Origin: Octopus bimaculoides
Taxonomy: Eukaryota
DNA length: 64,000 nucleotides
Reading direction: 5' to 3'
NCBI RefSeq assembly: GCF_001194135.2
Contig: NC_068981.1
Coordinates: 85,115,780 to 85,179,779, forward strand
Part shown: piece by piece, positions 38,679 to 50,206 of the stretch
Numbering within the stretch: the first letter of the stretch is position 1
Layout: every line of letters starts with the position of its first letter
Program-made: the position numbers and the translations under genes
Notes under the pieces: generated by a model
Told to the model about the DNA's origin: nothing
Database searches by the model: none
What the model saw: the letters and a program-made list of their open reading frames with translations, nothing else

Positions 38679-39429
38679 AATATGGCTGACGAGTGTATAG
38701 GGTTAGAGACACGTATGTCGGTTGAGCTTTTGTAGGCTTGGTATACAAGCAATCACCTTCGAGGCCATTATTTGTTAATAGTGGCAGCAGAATAGGAAGA
38801 ATACAGAATCAGCACGTATGTGAGCAATAGGTAAAGTCCTCTTCTCCTCACCCACTTCTCTTTCTTTCAGCACATTCACTAGTATTATTAGTGTAAAAAA
38901 TCTACATTGCCATTGTTAAGTCAACGTGATTTTCCACGACTATCATTTTTCGAACGAAGAACAAGCTAAGGACTAACGATTACTTTCCGACAAAAAAGAC
39001 CTCAAACTGTAGGGAAAGAAAGAGTCGACTATAGTGAATGTAGTAGTTGATCGCTACTTTGCTTAATCGGTCTTAAAAGACTAAAAGACAAAGCTGATTG
39101 CGGTGGGATTTGATCTCAGAACGGGAACAAATATTACAAGACATTTTTGTTCTAGCTCAACCGATTCTGCCAAAACAATGTCCGTAATATAAGAAACTAG
39201 CTGTCTCCTGGTAAAAAATTACCGTTAATAAGATATCTGTTTATAGCCATGAAATATTTTGACATTTTTCGAAAATTTAAAATCTATAATAATGGGTAGG
39301 ACCAATTTAACGAAGAAATGAATCTTTACCATTTGAACAGCACATCGAGAAATTAATTTTTTGTAACTAAACACTTTCAAACTGGTAGAATGTGTCATAT
39401 AAAACATCTTTTACTCTTAGTGCTGTTGA

Positions 39430-40440
39430 GAAAAGTTGTACCTTCCGCGGTTGACGTTGTTAATGGACATTGGTACATGGATCAAGCAGAGACCTAGGCT
39501 GGGGGATTGGCAATTGGAGTGCCGTCAGGCACTTCAGCTACTCTCTCGGGCGGGCAATGCCAGCAACAGGAGTTCCGCCGCGGATTTTTATAGCAGGTTA
39601 GTGGAATTTATGTCCGAAGACGCCTTGGGGGAGACCCTGGGCTACGATGAAAATCAGTTGATCAACCTGTTCAGGAGAACGTTCAGGCAGGGGTATCTGA
39701 ATAATTTCCTGAAATCCCTGGCCTGGTGGTGCTTCCGTGCGGCGTTACTTGTTCGAGATAAACTGTCAAGGCACGGAAGTGCAGTCTCGCCGATATGTCC
39801 GAGGTGCGGGCAAGACAGGGAAACCGTCTTGCACGCATTTGTGGAATGCCCGGAATTAACGGGACTGATAGTTTTCATAGAACAACTGTGGTCATCGATG
39901 GGAAGAGTACAGCTATCGGCTGAGTCTATCATCGAGATTGTTCTGCCTCCTCCTCTTAACAGGGAAAAGAAGGCTTGTTTTTTCTGCGTAGTAGCCATAC
40001 TGAAAGAAACGGTATGGAAGACGCGAGTAAGAGGAATAGTGACAGGTACCTTTGTCTCCGGCCAGGGGTTGGTGAACTTTTTTAGTTACCACCTCATGAG
40101 TAAGATCAGGCCGGAGAAGAGGTGCCTGTCACTGAACACGTCCGTCAAGAGATGGAAGCTTGTAGAACGCAAGCTAAGAGTGATTAGCACCAGGTAAATG
40201 GGGTCAGTGGAAGAAAGCAAAGGTTCTCCCCAAGTGGCCGGAGGCCTTTCCTTTTGACGTCATTTATTGCAAATCGCAATAACAAAAATATTTTATATTT
40301 TTAAATGTTGATCATTGTAAATTTTCATTCCAACTGTATTTTTTAATTATTAAACAACTACTTCACATTTTTGTGTTTTGTTTGTCATTGTTCGTCCCAT
40401 CTATGTACTGCCTTATGGCAAATACTATGAAATAAAGAAG
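39430..40440 (+). mobile_element. 5'-truncated Tx1-like LINE (ORF2 C-terminus and 3' UTR)
   Basis: ORF 39436-40197 is homologous to 25450-26377, with intact CPRCGQDRETVLHAFVEC zinc finger; ends AAATAAAGAAG. Confidence 0.9.
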
Positions 40441-41557
40441 CTTGCTTCCGGTTTATTGATTGCTGAAAGGTTGTCTTTGTGTGAAACACGTGTTTTTGGT
40501 CGTCTTGCAGCGGTGGTGCGCGACGTCTTCCCTCTTGTTTGGTGGGGGTGCGTCGTAGCTGTGTTATGGAATTCGAAGATTATCTTCTGAGATTGAGAAA
40601 TTACGAAGAAGACATTGACTTTGATTGGTGGGTCAAAGAAATAAACATCAGCATAATGTCTAAAAGAGCAAGTTATTCGTATATTTTAAAGGAATTTAAA
40701 ATAGATATTTTCAAAAAAAGTAGAAATTAGCTGTTACAAATGGTTTAAAAAAATGTTGTATTAACAGGGTCAATGAAGCCGCTCGGATGTGGGGCCCAAC
40801 GACTTCATTTCATTTTTCGTTATATTTAATTCATCCTTCCAATTCGTTTTGTTTTTAAAAGAATTGACGAGTAAATGGAAACAAAAAAATTATGCAGAGG
40901 CGGCAAAGGGAAAAAGTGAAGACGTGAGTCTGGAAGAATTAAGTAAATTTAAGAAAATGCTTAAAAGGGTAGGGGACGAAGTGAAGCTATTCCCTCCCAA
41001 AGAAGTTTTAGAAAAAAATGAGAGAACGATAATTTATAGGTCGTACGCGGTGGCAACTAGAAAAATTGTAGTGTGAACAGTCCAAGTTGAAAAGGCGCTG
41101 AGACCAGTCTGGCAAGGAATTTCCTACGTTGCTAGGGGAAGAAAGTATGGAACTATGGAGGTGCAGTTTCGGGAAGTAGCTACCGCCTGGCTGCACTCAG
41201 CAACACCCTTAAAAACAGACTGGTAGCTGCTATACTGCTAGGCATGGAGGAGAGGGTAGTGGTCCTACAGGCCACCAGAACACCCCACAGGAACTGGCAA
41301 GGGCAGAGCCTTGGCATGATAGTACAGGTGGCCCAAGAAGACATAACGGATGGGAAAAGGCGAGAGAAAATCTAGTGGTTAAAAAAAGTTGTATTAACAG
41401 TTTCAATGAAGTCGCTTGGAGGTGTGGCCGAACGGCTTCATTTCATGTTACATTATATTTAATTCATGCCTCCCATTCGTTTTGTTTTTTTCTGTCCCCA
41501 CCTTGTGCTGTCCCCTCTATGTGCGGCTTCCATAGCCAATATGATAAAATAAAGAAG
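40441..41557 (+). mobile_element. Composite non-autonomous Tx1 derivative: minimal unit A plus an ORF1 N-terminal fragment and 3' UTR
   Basis: Leader shared with the 41558 unit; 40861-41370 encodes NYAEAAKG..VGDEVKLFPP..EKALRPVWQGISYVARGRKYGTMEV; shared 3' UTR twice (40740-40860 and 41375-41557). Confidence 0.75.
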
Positions 41558-42200
41558 CTTGCTTCCGGTTTGTAGATTGCTGCTGAACTACTGTCTTTAT
41601 GTGAAACACGTATGTTTGGATGTCTTGCAGCGGTGGTGTTCGACGTTTTCTCTCTTGTTTGACGGGGGAACGTCGTCTGTGTGTGCATTCGTAATGGAAT
41701 ATGAACATCTGAGTTCTTTTTTCCCACCCTCGTTCCGGAATAAAAAAAATATGTTATTACTGTACAATGGACAAAATGAAAAAAATTATAATGAGACAGA
41801 CTCATGGGACAGAATGATAAAAATAGATATACCAGAAGTAAGGGGACTACTTGAGTACATTCACTGTGCAGTGTCAGACTGAGAGTACCATTCGAGATTA
41901 AAGGATCATGAGGAAAATAGACACCGGCACAATGCCAGAACGAGTTAGCTATTTTGATATTTTAAAGAAATATAGATATTCTTCAGAAAAATGGAAATTA
42001 GCTGTTGTTTACTAATATTTTGAAAAAAGAAGTATTAACAAGTTCAATGAAGTCGCTCGGAGGTTGAGCCGAACGGTTTCAATTTCATTTATTATTGTAT
42101 CTAATTCATCCTTTACATTCGTTTTTTTTTTTTGTCGTCCCTACCATGTGCTGTCCCCTCTGTGTAAGGCTGTAATAGCCAATATCATGAAATAAAGATG
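41558..42200 (+). mobile_element. Minimal non-autonomous Tx1 derivative, unit B
   Basis: Same leader (GTCTTGCAGCGGTGGTG) and same 3' UTR as unit A; no ORF2 sequence. Confidence 0.75.
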
Positions 42201-44488
42201 CTTGCTTCCGATTTGACGACGTCGTTCGTATTTTTTTCTGTGCGCTGTGAGTTATCGTTTTTATTGTTGAAACTCTGTTATTTGTTGGAAATTATTGTTG
42301 GAAATTTTGTCATTTTGAACTGTTGCCTGTTAGCAGGCTTTGTTGAACTGTTTTATTTCCCGATATACCGGGAATAGTAAAATTTCTGTGGCCATTTGGC
42401 ATTTGTTTATGCGTTGGATTTTTTAACGGAGTACATTTTTACAATTTAGCCTTTGTAGGCATTGTTGAACTGCGCATCCCCCCTCCAAACGGGAGTGAGA
42501 TTTGAACTGTTGTTCTTTTTACGAGGAAATAATTTTTGAGCCGGATAAAAAAACGAAAAAACGAAAACCTATAATAAAAGGAAAAAAAACTGTTTTTCAG
42601 CCATTTTTGGCTTCATTGAGCTGCGCCTCTTCCCCTGACAGGGATGGGATTTGAACTTATATTGGTTACAAAAGGAAAAAATTTGAACAAAAGGAAAAAT
42701 TTGGAACAAAAGGAAAAAATTGCTTTTTCGTGTGTTTCTACTAATTTACCTGAGAGAATAAGGGAAAACGCTCTCTCGAAGAGAGTGATGCTTTGGAGAA
42801 CGACAGAGGAGGGCGACGTAAAAATATCGCTTCCCACCAACGCAACAGAGGAAATTTACAAAGGAACAATCGTTTTCAAAACTTTCTGCCCCGAAGAAAA
42901 AAGAATGGTACATATGGACCAGAATAAGATTGAAAAATGTCTGGCACCCATATGGAAGGATATTATTTATGTAACAAAAGGAAGGAAACTTGGCACAATA
43001 GAAACCATGTTTAGTACAATAGAGAAGGCTCTCGAGCACTCTGTCAGCCCGTTGTAGACGAAGGAAGTGGTACTTCTGCCAACCTATATGGGGAGGCGCA
43101 CGTCCCGTGTAAGGGTGACAAAGGTACCGCTGGAGATTGGTGCCGTGTGGGTAATAAAATTAACATTCTACAAGTAACACGCTCTGCCCTATAAAACTGG
43201 CTCGGGCAGAGCATCGTGGCCATCGTTCAAGCGGCACCAGAAGATCTAGAAAGGATTCCAACAGAGTGCTCGTAGGTGGGGACGTGGTACTGAAAATTCA
43301 TGTGGAGGGTAAAAAATCCAGGTGTTTCAAATGTGGTCAAAAAGGCCACATAAGGGCTGACTGTGACTCTGGAAAAAGGAAGAAAATTCAAAGGCCCAAA
43401 CGTCTGTGGATACACATACACCCGGCCCCTCACAAACCCAAAAACTGCCCCAAACCCACACACACACGAGCCCCTACACTAGCAAAGACACCCACACCCC
43501 CGACTGTGGTGCCAACAAGTCCCCAAACAAGTATTCCAAAAGCCCCAACCTATGCACATACCAGTCCCGACAACAAAAATACCCACCCACTGAACATCAA
43601 CAGCACATAATAGTATAAGCGCAACTCCCCCAGATGACACCATGGAGGTAGTCGAGGGGGAGTTCACTATTGTTCGAAACTCGACCAAAAGAATGTTGGC
43701 AAATCCCTATCCACCCCCACCCCAAAAAACAGAAAATACAACTCAGACATTAAAAAACACTGCCCAAACGTCTCAGAAAAACCATGTGAAAGAAGAATTT
43801 TGGTCGAGTTCGACCCAAGGGACAAATATACAAGTGACGTTATATCGCCACACCACACTACGGTAATATATCCAGTGCACAAAGACTATCCTAGAAAATG
43901 TACCTAGATAGATGAAAATTTCAGTTCTATATTTAAGAGATGAGGAATTATGTACATTATTTACATTTGACGGATATTTGTCCTCATCAACGTTTCGGCT
44001 GATATAATAACGTTTCGGCTGATATACCCTCCAGCCTTAATCAGGTGTCTTGGGGGAAATTTCGAACCTGGGTTCTTATTCCTAAGGTATTTTTCGATGT
44101 TATTATTATTGTTCAGGCCACTGCTTGGAATCGAACTTGGAATCTTGGGGTTAGTAGCCCGCACTCTAAACCACTTTGCCATATTCACTCATAACATAAA
44201 AGGATTGTATAAAGAGAAATTGAAAGCGACGGATTACCTACGGTAACTCCCCTATCCAGTAATTAAGGACCTATTCTGTTATAAAAGTTTCATTGACTGT
44301 GTAAAGTTTCGTTATGTTTCAATGCGGTCGCTCGGATTGTAGGGTTGTGTGGCCTTCATTCCACCCATTCATTGTTTCATTCCATCATTTTCATTCGTTT
44401 TCCTCCGCTTTTGTATTTGTCTGTTTTTGTGTTATCCCCTTTGTGTATACTGTCCCTTCTGTTTAACCTCTAGTAGGTAATAAAAAAA
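42201..44488 (+). mobile_element. ORF1-only (half-L1-like) Tx1 derivative, unit C
   Basis: ORF1 relic from ~42644 (EGDVKISLP..EKCLAPIWKDIIYVTKGRKLGTIE..LLPTYMGRR), CCHC CFKCGQKGHIRADC (43323-43364), Pro/Thr-rich tail, then directly a 3' UTR and AATAAAAAAA. Confidence 0.75.
43953..44186 (-). mobile_element. tRNA-headed SINE with Penelope-type hammerhead-like 3' end
   Basis: Reverse complement: A-box TGGCAAAGTGG, B-box GTTCGATTCC, then CCTGATTAAGGCTG-gagggtatat-CAGCCGAAACGTT. Confidence 0.75.
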
Positions 44489-45345
44489 TTTCGACATTAT
44501 TGTCTTTCTCGTCTCTTGAACAGACATATGATCTTTTCCTTTTATTCTTTATACTTTTATATATGATATATCTACGATTGCAGTTTCCAATGCGTTCTTT
44601 TTTTGTAACAGTCGTGTGCGATTTGAAGGGGGTTTTACTGATGGTCGAGAAACTATGCTTTGGATCCCACGTTCTGTTTAAAAGAATTAAGCCAAAAAGA
44701 ATCGATGTTTATGTATGAGTCTATTATTTATACTTTCCTAATACATATGACTACATTTCCACTCACTTTTGACAGTGAAATTCTTTCAAAATTTATAGTG
44801 ATACTTATATGGTAGAAATATCACTAATCATTATTCAGAATGTCAGCAGATGGATGTTAATTTCTCACACACACACATACACATATATTTGCATTATATT
44901 ACGCTTTTCAGTCCTAATATAATGCAGGAGTACCGTTTTAAAGAGTTTTAGTTGGTCATATCGACCTCAGTACCTATATTTTAAAACCTTGGCATTTACT
45001 ATAACAACCTTCTGTCGAACCGCTACGTTACAGGGTATAACTGCAAAGCATGTTTTTCAAAGCATATGTTCAGCAACGCACTGTTTTTTAAGCGTGTCAA
45101 CTTAGAGACAAAAAACGTGACAGTCATGTAAACAAGCATTCAGACACAATGTAAAGCGTAAAGGAATGTTTCTATTCTTCTTTCACTTGCACCTAGTCTT
45201 TGTAATATACATACTTTCAGGTTTTGTATTTCACGCTGTTGTGCATAATATATATAGTCTAACAAACATCACAAATATGTACATACTCACGCATGCTCAC
45301 ACACACACACACACACAGATATATATATATATATATATATATCGA

Positions 45346-45637
45346 ATTATTTTATAATTATATACATAATTATAACAAGGGCTCAGCTTAAAGCATCACC
45401 TAGCACTGCTAAAAGCAGACGTTAAAGTCTTTTTTTACTACCTTAAAATCTCCGAGAAAAACACACTGCTGTTAACCATTGTTCTGATTCATTATCTTTC
45501 TTTTACTTGCCCACATTGTGTTTTTCTCGGGGATCTTATGATGGTAAAAAAAAACTTTAACGTCTATTTTTAGCAGCGCGAGGGTGTTGCTTTAAGCTGA
45601 CCCCTTGTTATAATTATGTATATAATTATAAAATAAT
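45346..45637. mobile_element. Foldback MITE
   Basis: ~120-bp inverted arms (45346-45467 and 45513-45637) around a ~45-bp spacer. Confidence 0.8.
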
Positions 45638-45988
45638 ATGTAAAATGTGCCTAAAAGGATGTTATTCTCCGCACTGGCTACCTGGTAAAATCATTATTGA
45701 TTTAACCCTGTATTATTATTAAAATAATTTTTGGTATTATATTAAAATCATATATGCATTCATACGAAGAGTGTACGCATCGTTCAAAAACGTAATGCCA
45801 TGATTTTGTCCGAGAGAAAATCTTTTTATAGATATCTTGTATTAAGAACGCAAAAAAAGTGACTCAAGAGAACGACAGGCGAGTCTCCCTTCTTGGTTTT
45901 TATTATTATTATTATTATTATTAACGCCTTTCTAATGTATATATGCATTTAATATGAAACCTAGATGGGCAAGATTTATATATATATT

Positions 45989-46159
45989 ATGTGCCCTTTT
46001 AAAGCCTAACCAGGCTCATGGGCCCGGTTTCCCGGTTTCTATGGCGTATGTGTTCCCTCCAGCTGGACGGGACGCCAGTCCATCGCAGCGTTACTCAAGA
46101 AACAGGAAGAAAAGAGTGAGAGAGAGTTGGGGCGAAAGAGTGCAACAGGAGTCCTTACC
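45989..46159 (-). mobile_element. SINE with V-domain-like block (5' end in gap)
   Basis: Reverse complement contains GCTGCGATGGACTGGCGTCCCGTCCAGC and the same tail as 56627-56892. Confidence 0.8.
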
Positions 46160-46287
46160 NNNNNNNNNNNNNNNNNNNNNNNNNNNNNNNNNNNNNNNNN
46201 NNNNNNNNNNNNNNNNNNNNNNNNNNNNNNNNNNNNNNNNNNNNNNNNNNNNNNNNNNNNNNNNNNNNNNNNNNNNNNNNNNNNNNN

Positions 46288-46322
<35 letters not shown>

Positions 46323-48492
46323 CTTTCTTGTATTATTTTATTCTTTTACTTGTTTGTCAGCTGACTGAGGCCATGCTGGAGCACCGTCTTGGCAATGCGT
46401 GTGTGATTGTACGCTTATATAAAAATTACATCAGATATGTGTTGTTTGAGTGTATGTGCTTCTGTGATGTGGTGTGTGTATTTAAGTATATACATATTCA
46501 TGCATAGTCGTCACGATCATACACGAAGAAACAGTCGATATATATATATGAGTTTACAGTATATACAATGCATTAAAATGTACAATCACAGTTACAATCT
46601 TCCACAAACATATATAAACAGACTTATATACATATATCCTTTGCATAGGTTCTTTGTATTTATTTCCTTTAAGTATATATTATGCATGCATAACTGTGCG
46701 TGTGCATGATTATTTAAATATGTCTTTGTACAGCTCACATATATACTCATAGTACATATTTTGATATTTATTTTGGTGTTTTACCTACAACAGATTACTA
46801 GTCAACTGCTAACGAAGTGACAGAGTTTATTTGTTAGAATTAAAAACTTCAAAGCATGTATAAGACTTCGGGTGCTAGTGTATGTAAATGTACGAATATT
46901 TCTCATAATTAAGTAAATTCATACAAGAATTCGCATACGTATGTGTGTGTGTAACTTTGTAATGCATACTATGATTTATGACGCCCGAAGGAGAAGAAGC
47001 AGACAAAAGACGTTGTTTGCTAATGTGTACTGAACGAATATAATGCTTTCTTTAGTAGCTCCTCTCTCTCTCTCACACACACACACATGTATATATACAT
47101 ATTATATATATATATATATATATATATNNNNNNNNNNNNNNNNNNNNNNNNNNNNNNNNNNNNNNNNNNNNNNNNNNNNNNNNNNNNNNNNNNNNNNNNN
47201 NNNNNNNNNNNNNNNNNNNNNNNNNNNNNNNNNNNNNNNNNNNNNNNNNNNNGTGAGATAACGTTCATATCTCTACTGTCACATTTCAGAAAAACTGCAG
47301 CTCTGAATTGTACACCAGAAATAGACATTAAAAATAAAATCAAGCACCATTCTACATACAATTTCACCAACTGCACAAACGATCAAAATAAAACAGAGAT
47401 CGTTTGTTGAGTTTAACCGATTAATTCTTACATGGTTCTTTTCCATTAATACATTATAATATATTTTGCAAATACCGAATATGTTGGATGCTATAATTAA
47501 CATAGACATAAAACGTATTTGTGAATAGTGTGTGTCACTTCATAGCGAATTCTGTTGGGTATTGGTTGATTCACAATTAGCCCTTCAAGTTATTCCAGCC
47601 ACGAAAATGCTGGTTGTTGTTCTTGTTGTAGTTGTGACTTATACTTTGTTAGATGGTGAGCTGCAAAAAACATAAAGGTGCCTGAATAGAAACATTGTAT
47701 ATCGTTCGTCCCTCTACTGAATTGAAATTCTGTCAAGGTTCAGTTTAGCTATTCATACTTTTGGGAGATTAAGTCAATAAAAGGACATACAGTACATTTG
47801 TGTTGTTTAATGAACTAATGCTTAATGAACTAATTTGTGTTGTTTAATGATCAGTATGGTAGAATAGTTAAGAAGTTCGCTTTGCAATCATGAGGCATCA
47901 GGTTCAAACCCACAGCATGAGATCTTGGGCAATAATCTTTATGTCTCTTGTCATAAGATCAAATAGAACCAGGCTTTGTATGAGAAATAGAATACACAGA
48001 ATCCGTGAGAAAAACTGTTGGCCGAATTATACCTGTAATTACATGAGTTTGCTTTGTCGCATACTGTCCATGATGATTCAACCTGAGAATACCATTAAAG
48101 ATACACGTGTTTGAAAAATACTCTTCTTTTTACACGTTAATTTTGAAAATAAGTGATTAGGTCGATCGAGCAACTAAATAATCATTTCTATAACCGACGA
48201 AGATTCATCTCTCTTTTGATGAGATTAAAACAATCAAAAAACAACAATTCTTTTAAATTTTGCACAAATCTAGCAATTTGTGAAGAAGTGTAGGTCGCAT
48301 TTCATCGCTCCCTGACAAAAAGCTGACCTTAGAAAATTTTGAACTAAAGAGCCGGAAGAAACGCCGCTAAGAATTTTTGTCCGTTGCGCTAATGATTGTA
48401 GCAGCTCGTCGCCCCGATGAGATTACACAAAAAAATTATAAAAATAAAAATACAATAAGATTAAGTAAAGATAAGATAAAATAAAAATAAAA

Positions 48493-50206
48493 CAAGAGCA
48501 CTCAGAGAGGGCAAACCTCCGCCAAGGCAGCACCAACGTCCTGATTTTTTTTATTGCCCACAAGGGGCTAAACATAGATGGGACATTACAAAACAATACA
48601 GGACACATAATCGGGGAAATAAAAATACAGAAAGAAATCGAGTGAAGAAGAAAAATTAAAAAGAACGAGTGAAAATGATGAAATGAGGCGCAATGCCCAC
48701 TCGACCACCTAAGTCGAGTGGTTACATTTAGACATTATTTTGAACAATTTTTTTCCTCTTTTTTAAAAAAAGTTCACATTTTTTTTTCAACTGTTTATGT
48801 TGAATTATGGGTGGTAGGGCATCAAACCACACCAGCCCGCCAAGTGAAATTATATACTTTCTATATGTTTTTATGAACGTGTCGTATCTATCCTCATTCA
48901 ATAGTACACATTTTTGTTCTTCCTTGAAATCCTCCTTGGGCAGTTTCACCCTTATTAATCCTTTAAACTTGGAAATCCTCCTTTCCACATCTACATTCTT
49001 TTCGTTGTACACTATGAATGCCCAATTTTTAAAACCGTGCTACACAGTCTGTTCTACTGATTCTCGCTCTTTTGGTACTGTTTCTATTGTCTGGATATGT
49101 TTGAATATAGGTGGTTCCTTAACTTCTTTGGGTGTCCTATCTGGTTCTGTTGCTGGTCTTTCAGAGTCTTCTCTTGTTTTCGCCCATTTCCTTTTTAGGG
49201 GGCTGACAAACCCGTCATTCCTTCGCCGCTTTCGTTCTATCTTTCTTCGACTCCACCTCTTCTGTATCCCTGGAGCGCTCCATATCACTTTTGCTATGTC
49301 CATATGTTATCGCTTGAATTGGTACTCCAATCTCCACTTCTATTTGGTCCCTCTCCACAGTCTTCTCACTCTGGGGAGGCTTGTGCTTGGGTCACTGCGT
49401 CTTCATGTGGCCCCTTGCTCCACATTCGTAATAATTTCGTCGGTATCCCTCAACAAACACTTTGAGGGAACTCTCTCCCGGAATCTCCCGGAAAAGTTGC
49501 CGTTTTCATCAGGGGTCCCAAACATTCCTCCACGTCTTATCCTTGAACGTTTTTTCTGGTGGGACCAGCTTTATTGCGTCTCCCTCTCTTTGCACAAACT
49601 GTTCACTTCTTATTATATCTTCCATATTTAATGTTATCTGTTTCGTGTTCAACGGCGTAGCTGCTCCTACTGCAATGGCCCTTGCATAGCTCTCCACCTT
49701 GAAAAACTAACTTTTCTGCCCCACAATGGAGAGAAAACAGCAATAAACAATCACGCGCGAGTCGCTTGACAATAATTGTCAACGGTGATATGAAACAATT
49801 TAAACAACGAAGTAACAACAGTCCAAAATCGTAGTCAAAAATGACGAAACTCAAACAAACAAGTTGTTAGTTTGTGACACCGACGTCCTCTCAACGATTA
49901 GCCGGAGATGATTTTTAAAATGAGAATATCTGAAATAAACTCGACTGCTCTCACAAACGAGAATACTAAAAGTGACCCCAACCGCACTCAAAAATTAAGT
50001 AAAAAGACTAGAAAAATAATCCAGAATCTTTGTCCGGTACGAGATCGATCCCTAGATCTACTCAGTTTGTGCCAGTCACGAGGCCAAATATCCCTGAATG
50101 TTTCATCCGAATCCATTCAACGGTTCTTGAGATATCTTGTCCACAGACAAACAAACAAACACGACTGAAAACAATACTTCCACCTTAGCGAAGGCGGAGG
50201 TAATAA
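48493..50206 (-). mobile_element. HINE/DINE-1-like element split by a Tx1 derivative
   Basis: 5' TTATTACCTCCGCC hairpin plus (GTTT)n at 50206; 3' CCTTGGCGGAGG subterminal repeat and CTCTCTGAGTGC hairpin at 48493-48530. Confidence 0.65.
48543..49877 (-). mobile_element. Complete ORF1-only Tx1 derivative with 12-bp TSD
   Basis: TSD CACCAACGTCCT (48531-48542) and CACCGACGTCCT (49878-49889); SYARAIA..EGDAIKLVPP..; degenerate knuckle YYECGARGHMKTQ*P; 3' UTR plus AATAAAAAAAA; no ORF2. Confidence 0.85.

Noticed and set aside
40435-42209. Regularly recurring motif as a CRISPR-like array
   Set aside because: Spacing is 0.6-1.1 kb, the units are retroelement pieces, the context is eukaryotic and there are no cas genes.
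9989-47410. Long ORFs containing X runs (e.g. 9989-10927, 19186-20375, 27336-28259, 33488-34513)
   Set aside because: Artefacts of N gaps; only the short flanks noted in the features are interpretable.
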